DNA of 56,031 nucleotides, counting the filler, from Sphacelaria rigidula (Eukaryota): NCBI GenBank assembly GCA_964200075.2. It is 6 parts of 6 records of this genome, joined end to end, with 100 filler letters (N's around TTAATTAATTAA, not from the genome) between each part and the next. Parts side by side here need not be neighbours in the genome. Positions count along the whole stretch, not along the records: positions 1 to 9,256 come from CAXNAA020008909.1; positions 9,357 to 18,612 come from CAXNAA020008910.1; 4 more parts are not named here. The stretch is one strand, 5' to 3'. Made by a program: the position numbers and the translations under genes. Positions 1 through 10,290 of the stretch are shown here, piece after piece (positions within the stretch are counted from its first letter, which is position 1; every line of letters begins with the position of its first letter). The notes below the pieces were generated by a model. It saw only the letters and a program-made list of their open reading frames with translations. It ran no database searches and was not told the origin of the DNA.

Positions 1-229
1 AGCATTGTTCTTACTCCTAACAGAGCCACCTCCAACATTCCGGCGCTCATTACGTTTCTTCCATGCGTTACACTGGCGGGGGAGGGGGGGGAAACATTAT
101 TACTATTAATCGCTCAAAGCGGGGGACACGGCAATAACCCATCTACTGCAAAATGTTCGATATTCGCCAAAAAAAGAGGCGTCGTACTTACACCCACCGG
201 AGGACTTCGAACGGTTTTTGGATTCTCAC

Positions 230-1994
230 CGTCGTCGTACATGTCCACGCTCAATTCAGAGTTGCCGCAACCGCAGATCAGCACCGCGTCGTCTTCATCC
301 ATGTACTGTGTTAGAGTAGGGGCTAGATTCGACCAGGGGTGATACCATTCCACTACCTGCACCCCGTGTTGGTTGAGAACGAGGTGGAGAACACATGGTC
401 ACGAAAACTGTGCCACAATTGGAGGGTGTACCCAGGAAACTAGTTGTGAGTGCTCGTATGTCAAACGTGGCGGTGTAAGATTATCGACGACTTGTTGCTA
501 TCAGTGGGTGCACGCACCATGCTTTGCGCTAAAACTTATACTTCGTAATGTCCTAAGCACTAGTACCATTGTTTAGGGGGGAATACAGTAACCTGCCACA
601 GCGCTAGATCTCAAGAAGGTTACATTCTCGGTTCGCAGGCTACTCGTAGTCAGTACCGAGCGTTGTCACCACGGAGGTCCCTTAGAGCGCCTGGAACCCG
701 AACTATACGCGCTGTGCTCAAGACATGGCTCGGTAAATGTGGGTTAGATCATGATAGAGGTTATACACACGCGGCCGTTTGGCCACACCCCAAAATGCCT
801 CCGGAGGGATGCGCGGTCCTCCAGAGGCAAAACAAGCCTCCGGAGGCCTTCAACCCTTCCGGAGTAAACCAAACACTACCGACCTGAAGGCCGCGCAACC
901 CTCCGGAGGAATTTGCGGGTAGCAAAATGCCTTCGGAGAGATGCGCGCCCTTCCAGAGGCAAAAACAAGCCCCCGGAGGCGTTCACTCCCTCAGGAGGAC
1001 ACAAAAAAATATCCTCTGGAGCGCCGCGCGCACCCCTCCGGAGACGTTTAATTCCCCTGGAGGCTTGAAAGGTTGACCGACCTGGAGGAATTTTGGGGGT
1101 ACAAGGTAGCCAAATGGTCGCGTGTGTATAGCTATTACGATCATAGTGACTTGACTATTATTGTCCACTCGTAGTAAACCGTTGTTGTCCTTAACTGCCA
1201 AACTATTGGGATCCATCTTCCCAATCCACTTACCTCCTCGTCTCCTGCATATCGCTCATCCCAGAAAGCGCGTTTGCCGTAGGATGCAGCTTCTGATGGA
1301 ACGGCATCGTATTCTTCAACCTCTGTCAAGAGCTTGGGGTCCACTCTGCGTCCCGAAACAGTCGCACGATTGCCGCAGGCACATGCGCGTGTAATGGTGC
1401 GAACGAAATGGTGTGGTCAACCATGGAGTTGCCTTTCGCACATACATCGTGAAAACGTCCACCGGAAACATACGAGTGTGCCATACAATCTCGCGAACCT
1501 AACTTCACGACAAGATCGAGGGGGTGGCACGGCATACACTATATTATTTTATTTCGACCCCAGTCGCACCTTTCTTGTAGGTGGCCAAGCACTTCAGCTG
1601 GTCCTTGGGTAGTCTCATCGCCGGGCTGCGTCTTGAACAATCCCTTCATGCGGCTCTTTAAAGTTTGGTTGTTATCATACTCGTCGACAGTGCCTTCACT
1701 CGAACTGGTATTACTAGATCCATCGGAGAAATGTGTGCGGCTGCTTCCACCACCACGTCTCGAAGCTGATGTGGGCACGCTGCTCTTTCCCGACGCGTAC
1801 CGTGCGGTGATTTCATCTGTACTGGCGGAAGAGGTGGAAGATCCATGCCCACTCTGGCTGCCAGACCTTGTGCTACAACCATCGCTACCGGCGATGCCAC
1901 TAATACTTTCACCCTCGCTGCTACTGCGACTGTCATCTTGGCTTTCGCTACCGGTATAACTACCGCGAGAATCCGTGTCGCCGGATGTGGGCAT
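230..1994 (-). CDS. SAM-dependent methyltransferase, EEF1AKMT4/METTL13-N-like, 5' part; exons 1994-1570, 1345-1234, 356-230; continues beyond window start
   Basis: The three exons join in frame at canonical sites (AAAG|GTGCGA..GCAG|A, GAG|GTAAGT..GCAG|GTA, G|GTGAGA). The product contains YGKRAFWDERYAGDEEVVEWY...VLICGCGNSELSVDMYDD, matching the WDxRY/WY/GCGNS motifs of this family. It has a Ser-rich N-terminal extension. Confidence 0.85.
762..1130. mobile_element. MITE-like element in methyltransferase intron 2
   Basis: Imperfect ~50-bp terminal inverted repeats (TATACACACGCGGCCGTTTGGCCAC..CCCCAAAATGCCTCC versus the reverse complement of 1081-1130). Internal duplication with 132-bp offset (791 and 923) and several CCTCCGGAGG palindromes. 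Confidence 0.75.
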
Positions 1995-2486
1995 GGCGAT
2001 GAAAGTAGTATGAGTCCCAGAAGATCATATAGCCATGTACAGAGCAAGGCTCTCCCTGTTGCGTGCGCTGTAGCTGGCCTGGTCGTTCGGGTTATACGTT
2101 ACAACAGTAAGTCCGTTGAGAGTCTTGAGCGGAGTAATTTTTTAAAAAATCGTCTGCAAGAATGACGGCGATGACGTCCCCTTCGTGTGCTTTTGTAACC
2201 TTGAGTGCATTTGGGAGCCAGGAAGCCCCTTATGCGATTATTTCTCATATGCGGTTATTTCTGCTAGGAGAACTAACGGTCGAAGGAGCTGCATGTGGTG
2301 TGGCGCCCGTCTGTTGAAATAATATTGATTTTCATGCCATATGGACTTCGGTTCCTCTGTTGCGGGTCGGAGAAGGCGAACAAATATATCTTTGTAAAAG
2401 GACGAGCTATGCAGCGCCCTGCGGATATCACGGTGGGTACTGACTGTGTCGAGCCACCGTTGACCGTTGTGCTATCTGCTGTTACG

Positions 2487-5400
2487 ATGAACGCAGGTAA
2501 TGAGGCCCGTGATGATCTTGATATGCCGCTTCAGAAACAAGCGCAGCGCAGCAGCCGGAGGTCGTCTGAGAGCGAAGTGGAGGTCGGCGACGTAGACAGA
2601 ACGGCAGTGGGTTTGGGGTTCAAGCGCTCGGGAAGTACCACGGCCACGGCGTCAGATCTCGCGAGCACCAGTCCCGAGTGGACGATAGATAGCGTCACGT
2701 CCCGGCAAGAAGCGTTTAGTGTAGCCCTAAGAAACGATACCCCGCTAAATAGAAGCAAGTCCAGTTTCGTGGGAGGGCGGTTCGGACGGCGGCGATTCAG
2801 CTCTGTCACGGAAGGGGGGGCTGCGGCAACACGCCAGGCTTCGATGCCGAGCGCAAGGTTCCATCCTCGTGGTCAGGGCTGGAAAGTAGGGAGCGACAGT
2901 GGTCATGGGAACAGCGCGGAGGAGCAAGACAACCGGCCAAAGCTGGTTTCTCTGTCAGACTTGATCCGAAAAGAAGATAAGGTACCGACCACACTGTACG
3001 AGCATGAGGGGGACATGGACGTCCTCATTGACGGTAGGGGCGACGCAGCAGGCGGTGGCATCCCGCAAGAGGCACTGAACGGAGAGACGGTCGGCGTGCA
3101 ACACGCGCTGCAGGCTGCAGAGCACGGGAATTCCATCCGTCTCGCCAAGTTCCTGCAAGATGGAGGCGATGTGAACACGGTCTCACGGTTGCACCACATG
3201 CGATGGAGCTTGTTACACCTGGCCGCAGGGAGCGCTATGATGGGTGGGAGATTGTCCTACGCCAACTATCGCAAGCGGGCTGAGCCCGACTGCAAGGATG
3301 GCTACGCAAACTGCGTGTCGGAGTTACTCGCGGCCGGGGCAGATCCCAATGCAACCTCTAAGCATGGCGGGTACACGCCGCTGATGTGCGCAGCTTTCAC
3401 TGGAAGCAAGGAGTGCTGCTGGCTGCTATTGCTTGCCGGAGCACAGGTCGACAGAAAAGCCGATGATGGACGTACGGCGTTCCAGTTCGCTGAGAAGGCT
3501 AACAAGTGAGAGGCAGCGACAAGGACGGCTGTACATAACAGTTCTTCTATGAGGCATTATGCTAGGGAAACCGACTGTTTCGTATAGGCTGGGGCTTGCG
3601 GTAGAGCTTGCCTCCAACCCAGCACCGGTGCGGATCGTGGGCTCGAGACTTTCGCATTCTTGGTGTCGATGTAAAGTCTCCAAGTAATCAGAGAATAACT
3701 CCATTACTTCATGAAAGAGCAAGACTGGCGATGCCTTGAGAAAGGGTAGAGGGACGGTGTTCACAGGTAGCAGTGACTTGAAACCTGAATGCGTATAACT
3801 GTGCTTCGATGTGGCATGTTTGCATGCACGTGGGCAATGCGTTGGAAGTACCACCACTGCATGTGTCGTGTGTCGCGTTTTTCACCTGTGACTTCTGTAG
3901 GCTGCTCGTGTTGCCGCAAAAACAACGATACAAAGGAAACATTGCGTGTGTTATTTACCTGAATTCTAGCGCCATCGAAGGGCTTAGAAAACATGCAATG
4001 GATATGAGTGGAGGGCCGAACTACTGATGTGTCACCTTCTCCCAGCCTTGGGACCTTCAATGCCACAACTTTGCTGGAGTTCAGTTACGCACCAGCTGAC
4101 ATGTACTGTCGTCGCCACTTTGTGGGAACAGGCACGTTGGTGGGGGCGGCGGCGTGGGCGGTGGACCGGCCAAGTCGGTGATGGCCGTACTCAGGGATCC
4201 TCCCAAAAAGGTGCCGCGTTCCCCCACCTGGGTAAGAGCAACCATCGCCGAACGCTCATGTTTGGAAAAAGAAGACGACGTACCCTCGGTGCAGGTGCGA
4301 TGGCGGGTACCTTCCCAGGCCAGTCTTTTGCCAGTGATCTGTGGAGATGTGCAGCGGTACTGCCTGAAGGTCTGGTGTCGTGGAAACTGGAGAGAGGTTC
4401 TTCCTACCAAAACTTCGACGGTTGACACACCCCGCAGGGATTTCTGCCGCAACCAGGTGTGTAGCATGTGATGGTCACGACAAAATTGCATCTTGCCCAG
4501 TGTACAGCAGTAATGCACGTAGTAATTTCGTTGCCGAGCTTGTGCCGAGGCATATTGGGAGGGGGGTGAATGAAGTATATGGTTGTGACGGCCTTGTTTT
4601 CAGTTTGATCCACTTGTCGGATCTGGATACTCCCCCTTCGTTACACTCAAACCATGCACCTTAGGTCTGGCTAAACGTTTCAACGTTACAGGCTTGTTCG
4701 TCTGACCTATTGTGACATCGATCATAACCGACGACGTGACTTTCTTGTCTCTGAAAAGGTTCACGCCGTCAACAACTGTGCTTTCCTACTTTTTAGACAA
4801 TCGACCGAGGAATCGCGCTGCGCAAGAATCTTGCCCTCCCGCAGTCGCAGACTGCGTCAGCTATCGTGCACGGCCTCCAGGCCGGAGAATGGTATTCCTT
4901 CACTGTGTCCTGCATGGCGGAGGTGGAGGGCGCGTTGCGGCAGGTGAGAGAGCGTTGGGAATTCAGTTAACAAAAGCGGACTTAACCTGCACCATCAAGT
5001 CCACTCCTAAAAAACAGGAAGTAGGCACTGTTTCTTCACGGAATATATACCCCAGGTTTACCATATGCCCGAATTTTAAGGTGTAATTATGTACTCGACA
5101 GTCGAAGATTCGCTGGTCACTTGCGCTGAAGACGGGCATGAGTATCGTCAGCTTTGCGTGCGATGTAGATTACTCGCAAATTTGTAGTGCTGATGTGGGC
5201 GGCGGGGCTTGCTGCAAGGACATATTGGTTGGCATAGTGACCGCGCACGAGCTCCCCCTCTATCAATCGCTCGAGGAGGCGCGGACGGAGCGATCACTCA
5301 CATCTGAGAATTGGCAAGTAGCGGCGTAATCATGAACCCACAGGGTGCCCAATTTGAGGTATTCACATGCATCGTCGTGCTTTCCCCGCCCCTTGTGGTA

Positions 5401-7295
5401 AATACCCATGTTTCATATATTCCCACGTCAGGATGGACGAAGCTCGCTCTCATCGATTGCTCGTCGAAGCAATCTATGTTCGCGTTCTACCTCCCACCGC
5501 GGCGTGGACGGCTCATCCCCTTGCCAATCACTCGTCACTTAGACTAGAAGCCTGCTGTGCTCGAAGTAAATCGCACAGGATGGAGGCACTGTGTTGTCAT
5601 GTCGCCGTCTATTGTTGGCGATTTCATAGTCCCACCGCAATGTATCTGTGCTTTCACCCGATCCTTCTCGGTACAAGTACAACCTGGATATATACGAAAT
5701 CTAGCACAAGTGCCATACTTCTTTCTCAGTACTCCGCCTGGAGTGGGAGCATCCACTACCAACCATCTTGCTTTAAAACGTCTGTGATTCGTGCTGGCAG
5801 AAGTGGATACACTAGCATACCTTGGGATATTTGCTCTTCGAAATTATTTCGCGTTGATTTTTCTTCCTGAAATGCTGCATGGAGTAGGCCCCTTGAACTA
5901 ATGCGTAGAAAAGACGCCTAGAAAAAGTGTTCGCACCACCGCACCTTGATTTCCCCGTATATTCCCCAATCCCCCCCGTGCTCCACGCTTCGCAGTCCGC
6001 ACCTTCGTGTAAGTCAAAACCATTGTTCATCCCCGAGTCGAAGGAAGATCACCAGTGGCACTTGGGAGGGATCGTATCCATGGTTACCGGAAGCAATGTA
6101 CCTTCCCCAGGCGGTGCTGCAGCAGACCCAGGCCTAGGCCAAACGCAGGTGGAGTGGAATGTGGCACCGTGGCGATCCTCGTTTTGATCGCAGTTTTACC
6201 CCTCCGTGCCCTCATTTGTATGATGAGTAGTATCACAAGTGGGCAAGTGTTGCCAGGGGTTGAAGCGGGTATGGTGGGGATAAATGAAGACAGATATTTG
6301 AATTTCAATAATTGGTTCAATTCACGTGTAATTGTAGTAGCCCACCATGGGGAACACGTGCCTACGGTGTGAACGTGCTTTGATGTTTATTCTCATCCAA
6401 CGACATCAAACCTTTTCCCTAACCCCTTGACCGCCGGGGTGGGCCATCTGGGTCCTATATCCATTTTGCAAGCAAAACTATGCCCAGCCATCGTATGACC
6501 CACCCTGAGGGAGACGAATCGCGAGCTGTTCCCGTAACTCTTCTCTTCGCTGGTGTATTCTGTTCCACCGCAGGCACCACGCGGATCGGAGCACATCCAG
6601 AGCGACGTCCAGCCTGCACGAGGACACGTCAAGCATCGCAGCGTGTCGTGGGCCAAGGTACGTCATGAATATTGCCGCCTGCTTGCTCTTTGCTGAAGCC
6701 TTGTACTTCACATTGTACAACCATGCAACTGGGCCTATCGGGAGGCATTGTCCATGTGTGTTACACTATTTGAAGCCCTTGCCGATTTTTCGGTTTGTTT
6801 CGAACTTGACTGGCAACGAGTAACTGGTGTTGAGATTGTACACACTGTGATTTTACAGCAATAATTTCCCTCCACAAGACGCGTTGCTGTCTTGAATGCA
6901 ATGTTTTACCTGCACCAGCAGTGCAGAGGGACAATTTTGTGATGAGCCTTGCACTCCTTCGTCACACGACCCTGCCCCACTAACCAGCTTAATATGCTAA
7001 TGGGCAGGATGATGAATTGAATGTTGCTGCAGCTGCTCGACAGACGGATGGCTCGCGAGACGGCGACACGCCTCCGAGGGCAGGATTCTCACGCGTAAGA
7101 TCTGGTCGGGAGTGGGACTCACGAGATGACATCAACAACTTCCCGGGAAGAACGCGATCGACGGTAAGACGCGTTGGTTCTCTGGTCACAGGCAACGCTA
7201 AAAGCGGGTTGTGGGCTGCCCTGGTGGTTTTTACGACTGATTTCCATGTTGAGGTGACCTTACCACCGCGCCCTGGTGGTCCCCGTGATACATGA
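2487..7295 (+). CDS. Ankyrin-repeat + fibronectin type III domain protein; exons ~2487-3505, 4132-4456, 4797-4943, 5996-6148, 6574-6657, 7008-7295
   Basis: Ankyrin motifs (WSLLHLAAG, LLAAGADPN, GYTPLMCAAFTG, LLLAGAQVD, GRTAFQFA). Downstream exons splice in frame via GT-AG and give FN3 hallmarks (VQVRWRVP, QRYCLKV, VHGLQAGEWYSFTVSC, SAPS). The start codon and last two exons are less certain. Confidence 0.8.
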
Positions 7296-7910
7296 TACAT
7301 GATACATGAACGCTATTTTGGACAGATTTTGTTGTGTCATAACCCGTTGTGTACTTTAATTTTTCTAGTTTCCGCTGTCGAAAAATGTGGCGATGAGAGT
7401 CGGCAAATTATCTCGACATATGTCTACGGGCTGTGAAACTGCTGACCCAACGCTCGACCACAATATGTACGGTAGATAACAGGGGGGATGGGATGCTTTC
7501 TTGAGACTTTAGACCCGTCCCGAGGAAGGTAACGGGATAAAAAGTATGACAATAATAATAAAAAATGATGAGTGCACTATGAATACTCCAGCGGGTTTTC
7601 GGTCAGGTTCTACAGAGCAGAGCGACAAGAACATCTGTGGGTGTTCGCAACCCTCACCCAGCATTTTACATATCGCACAAATTAACATTCGTACGAGTTG
7701 ACTTGTTAAGACTGTCGAGTGCGATTCACGTGTCAACGAAATCATGTGTGCATCACATATGAGGAAAATAATGCGTCCGATCGAGATGGTATCGCACGAA
7801 TGGCTAACGGGATTGTGTACGTTTCAAATAGAGTCAAACGAATAGTGAGTACCAGTACAAAACATGTGCACATCACAGTTCTTGTGCGATGGTGAAAATA
7901 ACGTCAATGT

Positions 7911-8120
7911 GATTCGTCTCGCATGATTCGCGAGTGGGAAACATGTACGCTCGATTCATACCGTATGAGTAGCGAATGAAAAACGTCGTAGTATGATTCA
8001 TGCCGCACGCCTGACAGTTGGAAAATATGTACGTATGATTCGTGCCGAATGCCTGGCAGGTGAGGGAGATTCGTGTTCGATTCATGCCATATACGTCACT
8101 GGTGGAAAGCGAGAATTAAT
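7911..8120. repeat. Degenerate 42-bp tandem repeat (5 units)
   Basis: GATTC(A/G)T recurs at 7911, 7953, 7995, 8037 and 8079, an exact 42-bp period, with divergent unit bodies. Confidence 0.7.
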
Positions 8121-8345
8121 CCTCGTTACCGTAGGAATCCCACGATTTTATTTGATTCGTGGAAACAACCAAGATCGTTTACTCCGCGCGTGATAGTTGT
8201 TGTATAGCTCTCGTGCCTCGACCCTTCCATCGTCAGGGTATGCTATCTGTTGACTTAGCATCATTGGTATTTTTTCCAAGTGAAATTTATCACGATTGAA
8301 CTGATCGCTGACCTAGAGCCCGATTTATTTTTATCCCTCCATATA

Positions 8346-9216
8346 GGGGAGATTAGGGTCCACCCACACTTTCTACTGAGATCTTTCCACAGATTCTTTC
8401 CGTTCTTCGTGACATTTTTCCGGGGCTTGTCCCTTAGTCTGTTCGTGATATCCTCTGCATCTGCATGTACCATATACAAATTGTTCATGAGCCCTCCAGT
8501 CAGGACGGTGTAGTACCACAGACAGTGCCCACAACACCACCGCTGAATTCTAGCCTGCCTTCCGACCCGCCTACAAAAGACTTTATTTCATACTTTGTCT
8601 GCAATGTACTTCGAAGTACAGCCTGTACTTGTACCGTAGCACAGTGTAAAAAAATACTAGTGTACCACCCTCATACTGTACTGTTGTACTGACCGCTGTT
8701 GGGGCCAAGTCTGCTAGAACGTGTATTTGTCCAAATCGGCGCCTGCGGCCAACGCAAACTTTGCCTAGAGCAACCTTTGAACCCCCCATGCCCGAGGGTT
8801 CTCGTATGCCTTGGTGGGGGTCAGAGTCAGGAATTAGGGTCATCGCTAGTTCAAAATCGGCAGATAGGGTACACAGACAGTACAGCTGCTCACGATGCAG
8901 ACTTGACGGCTCCAATAGTGGTCAGAACAACAGTAAAATACAGCAAGTACAGGCTGTAATTGGTGAACACCGTACGAAGTACAGTGTAAGCGGGTCGGAA
9001 GGCAGGCTCGAAGTTAGCGGCGGTGTTTTCGGCACTGTCTGGTAATACACCGTCCTGACTGCAGGGTTCAAGGACACTTCGTGTATGGTAGTACATGCAG
9101 ATGAGTAGGATATCACACAGAAACTGAAGAGACAGTCCCCAGGAGAATGTGACGGAGGACAGAAAGAGTCCGTGGAAGTATACCAGAAAATGTGTGCGTG
9201 GATCCTAATCATACCC
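8346..9216. mobile_element. Foldback / long inverted-repeat element
   Basis: Arm ~8346-8722 is an imperfect reverse complement of ~8890-9216 (e.g. CCTGCCTTCCGACCCGC / GCGGGTCGGAAGGCAGG; CATCTGCATGTAC / GTACATGCAGATG), with a ~170-bp spacer. Confidence 0.75.
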
Positions 9217-9256
9217 CCCCCCCCCCCCCCCCCCCCCACCCACAGGCGCAACAACC

Positions 9257-9356
9257 NNNNNNNNNNNNNNNNNNNNNNNNNNNNNNNNNNNNNNNNNNNN
9301 TTAATTAATTAANNNNNNNNNNNNNNNNNNNNNNNNNNNNNNNNNNNNNNNNNNNN
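9257..9356. other. Artificial contig linker N44-TTAATTAATTAA-N44
   Basis: 100-bp spacer with six-frame stops, identical in structure to the four other linkers. Confidence 0.97.
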
Positions 9357-9658
9357 GGTGTGGGGGGGATGTACAGGAACGAGCCTGTGGTTTGTCGGTA
9401 TTTATGAGTGGTTCGAAACCAAGCCCGTGGCAAGTTCTCACTAAATTTAATCTAGTGCGTGGATGGGTGCAACACGCCACTGTGCACGACCGTGCTGCTA
9501 CTCGAATGCGCTTTGACGCCCAACTACGGTTGGTACTGCGCCATTGAATCTGTGTACATACAGTTGTGACCCCGAGATGACAACGCCTGGTGACATGACA
9601 GATCCTTATTTGTCCGGCCGCGTAATCTGTTACATGGTTTGGCCGCGACCTTCTCCAG

Positions 9659-10290
9659 GACGTGAAGAGGTCAAGAGGGGTGTATATGGCAGCCAAGACA
9701 CGTGCAAAGGCTACTCCGGACGAGTTGCTGTGCATAGCGATCGACGGGAGTGACCAGTCAAGCCAAGCCACACCGTACTTCAGGCAGGAGACCAAAGACA
9801 CAAGCAAAGGGTGGAAGATAACACGCTGTAGTAAACAAATATTCCGAAAAGGCATGGTGTACAACCACTCAGTCGCCGCTCGATGTAATAGCGAAGGTAC
9901 AAGTTTGCAGCCAATAAGGAGACGCTGCGTACAAACGGCGACACTTTGTCCCCGTATGGCGCCCAGTCGCTTCGATACCTTCCGACCTCTACATCAGTAT
10001 TTATGCGGGAGTCCTGTGTAGAAGCGAGGATGATCGCGCATCTGTGTTGTGGTAGCTTTGACCCGGTTTCAATCGAAAGACGTTGTTGTAACGATGTAAC
10101 GATATAGGCTAAGTAGGGATGTTTTTTGGGGGGGTCGGGAGATGTGGGCCGCCAGTGTTGTATAATGTAACCCAATCTAATACATCACCTCCTGCGCCTG
10201 CAACGTCACAGATGAGATTGAAACTCATAGGCGCTCTCGTGAGTGGAAGGATGTGCATGTTCTACACACTGGGTTCGAATTGGGAATCAG
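9659..10290 (+). pseudogene. Two exons (9659-9817, 10212-10290) of a transposase-like / DUF7869-like gene fragment
   Basis: CAG|DVKRSRGVYMAAK...LLCIAIDGSDQSSQATPYF...GWK and CAG|MRLKLIGALVSGRMCMFYTLGSNWES|GTGAGT resemble the IDGxDQ...PxF...LxGxxxHG pattern of RNase H-like DUF7869/Sola-type proteins (recalled, not searched). The first donor reads ATAACA rather than GT. Confidence 0.45.

Noticed and set aside
2295-2486. GTG start and N-terminal 64 codons of the ankyrin ORF
   Set aside because: A non-ATG start is unlikely in a eukaryote. The region looks like UTR/intron, and ATG 2487 or an acceptor at ~2496 is more plausible.
7911-8120. CRISPR-like array
   Set aside because: The conserved anchor is only ~7 bp, unit bodies are mutually related, the context is eukaryotic and no cas-like ORF is present.
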